44,160 nt of DNA from Flavobacteriaceae bacterium. GTDB taxonomy: Bacteria; Bacteroidota; Bacteroidia; Flavobacteriales; Flavobacteriaceae. Shown one piece after another: positions 25,822 through 37,288 of the stretch (position 1 is its first letter; each line of letters begins with the position of its first letter). The DNA is taken from positions 1 to 44,160 of the forward strand of contig JAURFJ010000001.1 of assembly GCA_030834365.1 (NCBI GenBank). The letters are read 5' to 3'. The translations under genes and the position numbers were made by a program. Under the pieces are notes generated by a model. It did not search any database, was not told the origin of the DNA, and worked only from the letters and a program-made list of their open reading frames with translations.

Positions 25822-26538
25822 TCAAGATTCTTTGAGAAGCGCAAAAATGCTCGGTCTTTTGTGCAAATTAGGTAAAGGTGTGCTTAACCACTCGGCCACC
25901 GTTTTCGTGTGAATTTCTTCACCATTTAGGCTCATCTCAACGCCTACAGTTAACAGGGTGTCAAGGCTCAGGGTGTCTAGCAGTTCGCGCAGTAGTTTAT
26001 CGTTTCTGTAGGGGGTCTCCATAAAGAGTTGAGTCTGCTTTTTCTGTAACGATTCGCGCTCAAGTGATTTTAGCTGTTTTTTTCGCTCGTGGGCATCGTG
26101 CGGAAGGTATCCATTAAACGAAAATTGCTGTCCATTTAAGCCGCTTGCCATAAGCGTTAATAGTATAGAAGAAGGACCTACAAAAGGTTTAATTGGTATT
26201 TTTAGATGGTGACACCGCCTTATCAGGAGGGCTCCCGGATCTGCAACGGCGGGGCAGCCCGCTTCTGAGAGCAATCCGACCGAAAGGCCGTTCATGCAAG
26301 GTTCAAGAAGAAAATCGATTTCATCGTTCTTGGTTTTGAGGTTAAGGATCTCTATGTAGAGTGAAGACTGGTCTACCTCTGGATAAAGACTTTTCAAGTG
26401 GCGTCTTGCCGTTTTCTCGTTTTCTACAATAAAATGAGAAAGTGATTTCACCTGATCTATTACCCCTTCAGGAATGCAAGAACTAACAGCTGATTCACCA
26501 AGAGGAACCGGAATGAGGTAAAGCGTACCTTTTTCCAT
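25822..26538 (-). CDS. Tetrapyrrole-methylase-fold SAM-dependent methyltransferase (RsmI-related)
   Basis: 238 aa. GTLYLIPVPLGE N-terminus and SEAGCPAVADPG block are typical of the RsmI/TP_methylase fold. It lies directly downstream of dnaA. Confidence 0.75.
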   Translation of the reverse strand: MEKGTLYLIPVPLGESAVSSCIPEGVIDQVKSLSHFIVENEKTARRHLKSLYPEVDQSSLYIEILNLKTKNDEIDFLLEPCMNGLSVGLLSEAGCPAVADPGALLIRRCHHLKIPIKPFVGPSSILLTLMASGLNGQQFSFNGYLPHDAHERKKQLKSLERESLQKKQTQLFMETPYRNDKLLRELLDTLSLDTLLTVGVEMSLNGEEIHTKTVAEWLSTPLPNLHKRPSIFALLKES

Positions 26539-26563
26539 GAAGGAGAGTTATAGCGTATATGCT

Positions 26564-27985
26564 TTAGGAGAACTTCTTTGAAAGATCTTCTATGTACTTT
26601 TTGAATTGCTTGTCTGTGTCAGCTAAATTTTCAACTGTTCTACAGGCATGTAGTACAGTGGCATGGTCTCTTTTACCAATTTGTGAACCTATGCTAGCCA
26701 GTGAGGCCTTAGTGAACCTTTTGGCAAAGTACATTGCCAATTGACGGGCTTGAACAATATGGCGTTTTCGGGTCTTCGATTGTAAGGTGACCAAATCCAT
26801 TTCAAAGTAGTCTGCCACCATCTTTTGGATGTATTCAATAGATACCTCTTTCTTGGTGTTCTTGACAAACTTATCCACCACGTGCTGGGCAAGCTCGAGG
26901 TTAATCTCTTTCTTGTTGAATGAGGCCTGTGCGATGAGCGATATGATAGCCCCTTCGAGCTCCCTAATGTTACTCTTGATGTTTTGAGCGATGTAATCGA
27001 TAATTTCTTCAGGCATTTCCATGCCATCGAGATATAGCTTATTCTTGAGAATGGCCACGCGGGTCTGATAGTCGGGCGGACTGAGCTCTGCTGATAAACC
27101 CCATTTAAACCTCGAGAGTAGACGCTGCTCGATGTCTTGCATGTCTACAGGGGCCTTGTCAGACGAAAGCACCACTTGCTTTCCGTTTTGGTGCAAATGA
27201 TTGAAGATGTGGAAAAACACATCTTGTGTACCACTCTTGCCTGCTAAGAACTGTACATCGTCTATAAGTAGCACATCAATGAGTTGGTAGAAGTGAATAA
27301 AGTCGTTGCGAGTATTATTCTTTACCGATTCAATGTATTGCTGGGTAAATTTTTCAGCAGATATGTAGAGAATCGTTTTGTCGGCGTTTTTTTCTTTAAT
27401 ATCCACGCCTATGGCGTGCAGTAAATGCGTTTTTCCGAGGCCCACATTGCCAAAAATAAGCAGCGGATTAAATGAGGTGCCACCCGGTTTATTTGCTACT
27501 GCCTGCCCAGCAGAGCGAGCGAGCCGATTGGATTCTCCTTCTAAAAAATTCTCAAAACTATAAGAGGCGTTTAATTGCGCATCAATTTTAATATTGCGAA
27601 TACCAGGGATTACAAACGGATTTTTAAGACCTGGATCTTTGCCCACTAATGGAACATCTATTTCTTGAGGAGCAAATAGGCTTTTTTGCTTACTTGGAAT
27701 CTGCTCGGTAAAGGAGGTCGACTTATCGGCATTTTCCATCTTGATCACATAGACCAACTTGGCATTTTCTCCGAGCTCTTTTCTCAAAGCTACACGGAGT
27801 AACTTAACGTAGTGTTCTTCGAGCCATTCGTAAAAGAATTTACTGGGTACTTGAATGCTCAGGGCTTGATCGTGTAGCTTTACTGGAATAATGGGTTCAA
27901 ACCATGTTTTGTAGGCCTGAGGTTGGATGTTGTCTTCGATAAAAGACAAACATTGATTCCAAACGTATTCCGCAGACATCTTCAA
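26564..27985 (-). CDS. dnaA: Chromosomal replication initiator protein DnaA
   Basis: 473 aa. Walker A GNVGLGKTHLL, Walker B LLIDDVQF, and domain IV HTH RKRHIVQARQLAMYFAKRFT...RDHATVLHA. Confidence 0.96.
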   Translation of the reverse strand: MKMSAEYVWNQCLSFIEDNIQPQAYKTWFEPIIPVKLHDQALSIQVPSKFFYEWLEEHYVKLLRVALRKELGENAKLVYVIKMENADKSTSFTEQIPSKQKSLFAPQEIDVPLVGKDPGLKNPFVIPGIRNIKIDAQLNASYSFENFLEGESNRLARSAGQAVANKPGGTSFNPLLIFGNVGLGKTHLLHAIGVDIKEKNADKTILYISAEKFTQQYIESVKNNTRNDFIHFYQLIDVLLIDDVQFLAGKSGTQDVFFHIFNHLHQNGKQVVLSSDKAPVDMQDIEQRLLSRFKWGLSAELSPPDYQTRVAILKNKLYLDGMEMPEEIIDYIAQNIKSNIRELEGAIISLIAQASFNKKEINLELAQHVVDKFVKNTKKEVSIEYIQKMVADYFEMDLVTLQSKTRKRHIVQARQLAMYFAKRFTKASLASIGSQIGKRDHATVLHACRTVENLADTDKQFKKYIEDLSKKFS

Positions 27986-28176
27986 AAGAATTGTTTTTTA
28001 AGTATTCTTAATTAGCTACAATTGAATGTAAAAAAACTCAAATAAGGTTTCTGAGTGTGAAAGCAAATATGTTCACTTCTTTTGGTTAAAAAAAATAAAA
28101 ATAGGGTTGTAATATTTCTTTTTTTATCATAACTCTAGAGCAGAGAGACTTTTCCTTAGCGTAAACATTTTATAAC
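27986..28176. other. AT-rich divergent intergenic region (dnaA promoter region; weak oriC/DUE candidate)
   Basis: At 191 nt this is the longest non-coding gap in the window. It contains long A/T runs (aaaaaaaataaaaata, tttcttttttta). I could not find any canonical TTATCCACA DnaA box in it. Confidence 0.3.
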
Positions 28177-28572
28177 ATGAAAAACAAGGGTGAGATACAA
28201 CTGAGAGTGCGTTATTCCGAAACAGATCAGATGGGAGTGGTTTACCATTCTAATTATCTGAATTACTTGGAGTTATCTCGGGTTGAATGGTTAAGAGATC
28301 TGGGTTTTTCCTATGCTGAATTGGAAAAAAATGGTGTGTTGTTGCCCGTGGTTCACGCCTCGTTAAATTACTGCTCTCCGGCTCGTTATGACGACCTACT
28401 TCGCATTGAATCTAGGGTCAGCGAAATGGGGGGGTCTTCTATTGAATTTCAAAGCGAAATTTACAACGATAGGGGAGTATTATTGGTGGAGGCAGTGGTA
28501 CGTTTAGTATGCATCCAATCGGGTACATTTAAACCTATACCCGTTCCTAGTTATTTGCGCGAGCTTATATAA
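28177..28572 (+). CDS. Hotdog-fold acyl-CoA thioesterase (YbgC/4HBT family)
   Basis: 131 aa with RVRYSETDQMGVVYHSNYLNYLELSRVEWLR, the typical 4HBT-family N-terminal block. Confidence 0.88.
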   Translation: MKNKGEIQLRVRYSETDQMGVVYHSNYLNYLELSRVEWLRDLGFSYAELEKNGVLLPVVHASLNYCSPARYDDLLRIESRVSEMGGSSIEFQSEIYNDRGVLLVEAVVRLVCIQSGTFKPIPVPSYLRELI

Positions 28573-28589
28573 AAAACCACCTAATCAAT

Positions 28590-29651
28590 TTAGGCTTGGG
28601 CTACAGTATTTAGTGCATGTAAAATTCGATCTCCTTTGCTTGAACCGATTTCTTTGAGTTGAAGAGCCGAAGGCGCTTTAATTCCAGACTGAAGCTCTTT
28701 CGCCGCCTTAAAAACGTAAGCCTCATCCCATAAATTTGCCTCTATAAAAGACTGCAAGGTTTTTGTGCCTCCCTCAACTAGAATAGATTGAAATCCAGCT
28801 TTGTACAACTCTTCTAAGGCCTCCCTCAGGTCTTTGGAGTAAAGGACCTTAGTGTCGTGCGACTCACATTCTACTCGTTCGGTTGGCAATTGGCCTCCGA
28901 TATGCAGTATAGAGAAACCTCCGCTTTTCGGCTGTGAAACAGATTGAAAAAGGTTTCTATTAGTGCTAATCACAAAACGCTCGGGGGATCTGCCTGCCCA
29001 ATGTCTGGTGGTGAGTTTAGGTCTATCGGCCTTAAAGGTCTGACTGCCAACTAAAATACCCAAATGTTGAGCCCTTAATTTGTGAGCGAATTGCTGAGAC
29101 CAGGAAGCAGAAATCCAGGTTATTTTATTTGTTTCTAGTGTATTTGATGGCGCTATGTAGCCGTCTGAACTCTCGGCCCATTTTAAGGTCACGTAGCTCC
29201 TATTTTTGAGTATGCTTTGTAAAAAATGACGGTGGTGGTATTGGCAAGCCTCCGCCAGCAAACCTACCTGAACTTTTATTTGGGCTTGTTGGAGCAGTGC
29301 AACTCCTTTTCCTGACACCTTAGGATTCGGATCGAGTACCCCAATATGCACTTCTTTTACCTTTTCTTGAATCAGGCGCAGAGCGCAAGGTGGAGTTTTG
29401 CCATAGTGCGCACAGGGTTCCATGGTGACGTATACCGTCGAATCGGAAATCAATACTTGATCTATATCGCGAACCGCATTAAGAGCATTTATTTCGGCAT
29501 GTGAGCCACCATAGGTACTGGTAAACCCTTCACCAATGATCTTGTTTTGATGAACAATGACACAGCCTACCGATGGGTTAGGCATTGAATGAAAAGCTCC
29601 TCTAAGCGCCAGATCAAGCGCCCGCTTCATATAGAATTCATGTATCTTCAC
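28590..29651 (-). CDS. ribD: Bifunctional riboflavin biosynthesis deaminase/reductase RibD
   Basis: 353 aa. CMP/dCMP-type zinc motifs HAEINAL and PCAHYGKTPPC, followed by a RibD_C reductase domain. Confidence 0.92.
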   Translation of the reverse strand: MKIHEFYMKRALDLALRGAFHSMPNPSVGCVIVHQNKIIGEGFTSTYGGSHAEINALNAVRDIDQVLISDSTVYVTMEPCAHYGKTPPCALRLIQEKVKEVHIGVLDPNPKVSGKGVALLQQAQIKVQVGLLAEACQYHHRHFLQSILKNRSYVTLKWAESSDGYIAPSNTLETNKITWISASWSQQFAHKLRAQHLGILVGSQTFKADRPKLTTRHWAGRSPERFVISTNRNLFQSVSQPKSGGFSILHIGGQLPTERVECESHDTKVLYSKDLREALEELYKAGFQSILVEGGTKTLQSFIEANLWDEAYVFKAAKELQSGIKAPSALQLKEIGSSKGDRILHALNTVAQA

Positions 29652-29674
29652 AAGGCAAAAATAACGAATAGAAC

Positions 29675-30174
29675 GTGGCGCATTCCTTTTTAGATGAGCG
29701 GCTGATTCTCAGGCCGCTTCACTCAAATGACGATCAGCAATTAGGAGAATTAATCCAACGTGTTTTGGAAGAAATGAAGGCCCCCAAGACAGGAACAGCA
29801 TATGCGGACCCCTATTTATTTAGCCTTTCTAATTACTATACGCATCCGCGCCGAAAGTACTATGTCATTGCCGATTCCAAAGTCATTTATGGGGGTGGCG
29901 GGTTCGGTGATTTACCCGGAGCTGACCCTTCAGTTTGTGAAATACAAAAAATGTATTTCGATGCTGCTCTAAGGGGTAGAGGCTGGGGAGAGCACCTGAT
30001 TACATACATTATGTCTGAGGCAAAGAAGTTAGCATATAACAGGGCCTATATAGAGACATTAGAGTCTATGACGGCTGCACGTGCTTTGTATAAAAAGTTG
30101 GGATTTAAAACACTGAATGGTCCACTTGGTTCAACAGGGCACTCCTCATGTCCCATACATTTGATTAAAGATCT

Positions 30175-30178
<4 letters not shown>
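29675..30178 (+). CDS. GNAT-family N-acetyltransferase
   Basis: 167 aa with a GTG start. RGRGWGEHL acetyl-CoA loop. ATGA overlap with prmC. Confidence 0.75.
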
Positions 30179-33044
<2,866 letters not shown>

Positions 33045-33156
33045 CGTTTTATATAAAAGCTGTTATATAGGGCTGTTAAGAGGTGTTGTAGTCGGTATTT
33101 GCTCAGGTCTCTGAACTATTTGCATCTAAATTTGCAAAAGTTAAACGATAACGCTC

Positions 33157-34044
33157 ATGCAATTAAGTGGTCTCGGTGTTGCCCTTATTACTCCCTTTGA
33201 TCAAGATGGAAATCTCGATCTTTTCGCTTTAGAGGAATTAGTCGACTCATTGATTGTCTCCGGGGTAAATTATTTAGTTGTTCTTGGAACTACCGCAGAA
33301 ACGTCAGTTTTGTCTCAAGAAGAGAAAGAACGTGTTAAAGCTTCGGTTATAGCAGCCAATGCAAAGCGTGTTCCTTTGATTCTCGGATTAGGATCGAACG
33401 ACACCAGAGCACTGTGTGACGCGGTCAAAGAGGTAAATGCAAGTGATTTTGACGCCTTATTGTCGGTAACCCCTTACTACAACAAGCCAAATCAAAGAGG
33501 ACTGCTGGCCCACTACAAAGCTCTTTCTCAGGTATCAGAGCTTCCAATTGTTCTGTATAATGTTCCGTCTCGAACTGGGGTAAACTTGCTGCCAGAAACC
33601 ACGCTAGAACTAGCTGCTTCAAGTAAGGTTTTTATCGGAATAAAAGAGGCTTGTGGTGATAGGCAACAAATAGGTCGGCTCATCGAACACGCCCCAAAGG
33701 GTTTTGAGGTAGTTTCTGGAGATGACTTAACCGCAGTTGAATCTATTTTGATGGGTGCTTCAGGGGTTATTTCAGTTGTTGGACAGGCATTGCCTGCGCA
33801 TACTTTAGCCGCAGTAACGGCTGCACTAAGAAAAGAACAGGATTTGGCCTTATCTCTTAATGCCTCTATGACTGCGCTTGTTCAATTGCTTTTTGAAGAA
33901 GGAAATCCCGCAGGTGTTAAAGCCTTACTTTCTTTAATGTCTGACATTAAGAGTACGGTTCGCTTGCCTTTGGTTGAAGCCTCAAATGATCTTCAGTTTA
34001 GACTTGCACAGGAATTGGACATTCTTAAAGCAATTACCGTTTAA
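33157..34044 (+). CDS. dapA: 4-hydroxy-tetrahydrodipicolinate synthase
   Basis: 295 aa. GTTAE block, YNVPSRTG, and Schiff-base Lys context IGIKEA. A TAAATTTG -7 box lies at 33127-33134. Confidence 0.93.
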   Translation: MQLSGLGVALITPFDQDGNLDLFALEELVDSLIVSGVNYLVVLGTTAETSVLSQEEKERVKASVIAANAKRVPLILGLGSNDTRALCDAVKEVNASDFDALLSVTPYYNKPNQRGLLAHYKALSQVSELPIVLYNVPSRTGVNLLPETTLELAASSKVFIGIKEACGDRQQIGRLIEHAPKGFEVVSGDDLTAVESILMGASGVISVVGQALPAHTLAAVTAALRKEQDLALSLNASMTALVQLLFEEGNPAGVKALLSLMSDIKSTVRLPLVEASNDLQFRLAQELDILKAITV

Positions 34045-34062
34045 AAGTTTAATTTTGACGGC

Positions 34063-34884
34063 ATGAAATTGAGGTTCTTAACGCTTTTTACTGTTGCCAT
34101 TTTCGCGCTCACATCGTGTAGTGAGTATCAGAAGGTATTGAAAGAAAATAACCTGAGCGAAATGTATGAGCTCGCCAATCGCTATTACGAAGAGGGCGAT
34201 TACATTAGAGCAAAGCGGCTGTATGAGATCATCGCTCCTAAATATGCAGGAAGACCTCAAGGCGAACGTTTGAGTTATTTTTTTGCTGACGCTCAGTTCA
34301 AGACCAAAGCGTATTACTTATCAAGCTATCAATTTGAACGATTCATAAAAGCGTATCCCTCTAGCGACAAAAGGGAAGAAGCTAGTTTCTTGGAGGCTGA
34401 AAGTTACTATTTCATGAGCCCGCGATACAGTCTCGACCAAACCGATACCGATAAGGCGCTTGAAAAACTGCAAAACTTCATTAATAGTTACCCAAATTCA
34501 GAATATTTTAATCGGGCTAATGAACGCGTTCAAGAGCTCAAGATTAAAAAAGAACAAAAGGCGTTTGAAATTGCTAAGCAATACGATATGTTGGGTGAGT
34601 TTAACCTTCCAGTTCTGTTCTCGGCAATTAAGTCGCTAGATAATTTTATACTTGAATTTCCGGGTTCAATGTTTAGAGAAGAGGCCCTCTTTATCCGAAT
34701 AAAATCAGCTACTATTCTCGCCGAAAACTCTACCACAAATCGAATGGCAGCTCGTTACGAAGAAGCGTTGTCGTATTATAAAGACTTTAGAAAATACTAT
34801 CCGACCTCAAAATTCGACAAAGAAGCTGAATATTACTTTGCTAAGATCCAAAACGGAATAGAATTCGTAAATTCGCTGAATTAA
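34063..34884 (+). CDS. bamD: Outer membrane protein assembly factor BamD (TPR lipoprotein)
   Basis: 273 aa. Lipobox FALTSC, TPR-like repeats, and its position upstream of rpoZ-coaBC as in Flavobacteriia. Confidence 0.85.
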   Translation: MKLRFLTLFTVAIFALTSCSEYQKVLKENNLSEMYELANRYYEEGDYIRAKRLYEIIAPKYAGRPQGERLSYFFADAQFKTKAYYLSSYQFERFIKAYPSSDKREEASFLEAESYYFMSPRYSLDQTDTDKALEKLQNFINSYPNSEYFNRANERVQELKIKKEQKAFEIAKQYDMLGEFNLPVLFSAIKSLDNFILEFPGSMFREEALFIRIKSATILAENSTTNRMAARYEEALSYYKDFRKYYPTSKFDKEAEYYFAKIQNGIEFVNSLN

Positions 34885-34887
34885 ATC

Positions 34888-35214
34888 ATGGCTATTTTGA
34901 AAGATACTAAAGCTGCTATTACCACGAAAACATTCGATAAGAATGTTTTAGACCAAAAAACGTCTAATATTTACGAGGCCTTGTCTATTATTGCCAAGCG
35001 TTCTGTGCAAATTAATGCGGAGATCAAGAAAGAGTTAGTAGACAAGCTCGAAGAGTTTGCAACCTATACAGACAGCCTTGAAGAGGTGTTTGAGAATAAA
35101 GAGCAAATAGAGGTTTCTAAATTCTACGAAAAGATGCCTAAGCCGCACGCGATAGCGATAGAAGAGTGGCTTAATGATCGCATTTACTATAGAAACACGC
35201 TTTCTGAAGAGTAA
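34888..35214 (+). CDS. rpoZ: DNA-directed RNA polymerase subunit omega (Bacteroidota type)
   Basis: 108 aa. NIYEALSIIAKRSVQINAEIKKELVDKLEEFA closely matches the flavobacterial omega pattern as I recall it, and the gene sits between bamD and coaBC. Confidence 0.8.
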   Translation: MAILKDTKAAITTKTFDKNVLDQKTSNIYEALSIIAKRSVQINAEIKKELVDKLEEFATYTDSLEEVFENKEQIEVSKFYEKMPKPHAIAIEEWLNDRIYYRNTLSEE

Positions 35215-35224
35215 ATAACTATTT

Positions 35225-36427
35225 ATGCTTGCGGGAAAAAATGTTCTGCTTGGTGTTACTGGCGGAATCGCCGCATATAAAACAACCTTTCTAGTTCGGC
35301 TGCTCATACAGCAGGGAGCTAATGTGAAGGTGATCATGACACTTTCGTCAAAGGAATTTGTAACTCCCCTTACCCTTAGTACGCTTAGTCAGAATCCAGT
35401 TTACTTCGATTTTATTGACGAAAAAGACGGTGAGCTTCGCTGGAACAATCACGTTGAGCACGCCAAATGGGCTGACCTCTTGATTTTAGCCCCGCTGACT
35501 TCGAATACCTTAGCAAAGATGGTTTCTGGAGCCTGTGACAACCTACTATTGGCTACCTATATGTCTTCGAACTGTCCGGTATTTGTGGCTCCGGCCATGG
35601 ACTTGGATATGTATGCGCATCAATCTACTAAGCAGAATTTAGCTGAATTAACAAAGAGAGGAGTTCATGTTATTCAGGCTGAATCCGGATTTTTAGCTTC
35701 AGGCCTAGAAGGAGAAGGACGCATGGCTGAGCCTCAAACAATTGTTGATCGGGTTCACACTCAACTAAGAGCCGAGGCCTTACTCTATGGGAAAAAGGTG
35801 CTGATTAGCGCAGGCCCAACTAGAGAAGCTTTTGATCCCGTGCGATTTCTTTCGAACTATTCAACTGGGCTTATGGGATATGAGCTAGCCCTAAGGGCGT
35901 ACGAACTCGGGGCAGAAGTGATAGTGGTTAGTGGACCTGTTGAACCTATCACATTACCCCATTCTGTGCGCAGGATAGCGGTTGAATCAGCTGAGCAAAT
36001 GTATACGCAGGTCATGAATCACTTTGATGGGGTAGATTTTTTTATTTCGTCAGCCGCTGTAGCCGACTATACCTTTTCAGAGGTACACCCCCAAAAATTA
36101 AAGAAAGAAGAAAACACGCTCGTTTTAACGCTGCAACGAACAAAAGACATCCTTCGAGAGCTCTCCTCGCGAAAAAAGCAACAAAGGGTCATCGGGTTTG
36201 CGCTTGAAACCGATTCAGACCTGTCAAAGCCCTTAGCTAAGTTGCAATCAAAATCACTAGATGCCATAGTGTATAACACGCTTAGCGATGCAGGAGCAGG
36301 GTTTGGAACTGACACGAACAAGGCTACCGTATTTTTTGCGGACCAAAGCCAAATAGAGATCCCGTTGCAATCGAAAAGGTCTATGGCTAGTGCACTGTGG
36401 ACTCATTTTAGTGACAAATGGCTCTGA
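35225..36427 (+). CDS. coaBC: Bifunctional phosphopantothenoylcysteine decarboxylase / phosphopantothenate--cysteine ligase
   Basis: 400 aa. Flavoprotein N-domain GVTGGIAAYK, PAMDLDMY, and the CoaB half with ISAGPTRE and SSAAVADY. Confidence 0.94.
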   Translation: MLAGKNVLLGVTGGIAAYKTTFLVRLLIQQGANVKVIMTLSSKEFVTPLTLSTLSQNPVYFDFIDEKDGELRWNNHVEHAKWADLLILAPLTSNTLAKMVSGACDNLLLATYMSSNCPVFVAPAMDLDMYAHQSTKQNLAELTKRGVHVIQAESGFLASGLEGEGRMAEPQTIVDRVHTQLRAEALLYGKKVLISAGPTREAFDPVRFLSNYSTGLMGYELALRAYELGAEVIVVSGPVEPITLPHSVRRIAVESAEQMYTQVMNHFDGVDFFISSAAVADYTFSEVHPQKLKKEENTLVLTLQRTKDILRELSSRKKQQRVIGFALETDSDLSKPLAKLQSKSLDAIVYNTLSDAGAGFGTDTNKATVFFADQSQIEIPLQSKRSMASALWTHFSDKWL

Positions 36428-37212
36428 GAACGTTAATCATTTCATCAGTTTTAATGAGTTTTGGATTATGGTCTAACGCTCAAGGTATAGAATCTGTGGT
36501 AAGGGTGATTAACCGCACACAGAACAGATCATTTGAAGCTAATTACCGGACGCTTGAGCGCGACTTATCGCGATTGATCAATCAAACGCAGTGGGATTCA
36601 ACAGTAGGAATTTCGAGAAAACCTAAGGTGTCACTGAATATGACCTTATCGGTCGTAAATCACAGCGATCAAGCGTTCAAGACTATGCTTCTGGTAGAGC
36701 TATTTAAAATTTATGGTAGTGGAGATAAAGTGCTTTTGTTTAGGTGGGTAGAGCAGCCGCTGGTGTTTTCATACGTTCCATTTGAGCCCTTGATTTTTAA
36801 CAAAAATAATTTGTCTTCTAACCTAGTGGCACACGCAGCCTTTTTCGCCTACTTGGCATTAGGATTTAATGAAGACACCGAAAAGTTAATGGGCGGAACT
36901 CCGTTTTACCGTCAAGCCGAAGATATAGTTGTTCGCATGCAATCTACTTCTAATTCAGGATGGGAAATGAGGCGCAGTGGAAGTTCAAAGTACCGCTTGA
37001 TTTACGAACTTTTACAAAAGCCTTATTATCCTGCTAGGGAGTTTTTATTTGACCTTCATACGGGTTGTTTAGCCTCAGGTCAGCGAGATACAGATCAATA
37101 CACTGAATGCCTGCTGCATATCACTCGGCAACTAAAGGAGACTGACATTGGCCTAGACAATTCTTTGCTCATGCAGCGGATTCAAGAATCAAATAGGGCT
37201 ATTTTTGACTAG
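36418..37212 (+). CDS. Secreted DUF4835-like protein (a family I believe has recently been linked to type IX secretion as PorD; uncertain)
   Basis: 264 aa with signal peptide ending SNAQ. It has a 10-nt overlap with coaBC and sits in the coaBC-X-recN position typical of DUF4835 in Flavobacteriia. Confidence 0.55.
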   Translation: MALRTLIISSVLMSFGLWSNAQGIESVVRVINRTQNRSFEANYRTLERDLSRLINQTQWDSTVGISRKPKVSLNMTLSVVNHSDQAFKTMLLVELFKIYGSGDKVLLFRWVEQPLVFSYVPFEPLIFNKNNLSSNLVAHAAFFAYLALGFNEDTEKLMGGTPFYRQAEDIVVRMQSTSNSGWEMRRSGSSKYRLIYELLQKPYYPAREFLFDLHTGCLASGQRDTDQYTECLLHITRQLKETDIGLDNSLLMQRIQESNRAIFD

Positions 37213-37288
37213 ATTCACTATTGCTTTGGTCTTGCTGAACTTATTTTGCACTGTACTCTAGGTATCTTTACTGAAAGAATGTTCATTC

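Noticed and set aside
29652-29674. I looked for riboswitches and leaders upstream of ribD (FMN), dapA (lysine), purB, the serA fusion, hisS, rpsF and rplS.
   Set aside because: The upstream gaps are 23, 112, 62, 35-98, 21, 67 and 75 nt respectively. These are too short or lack the conserved cores, and promoter boxes leave leaders of only ~12-25 nt.
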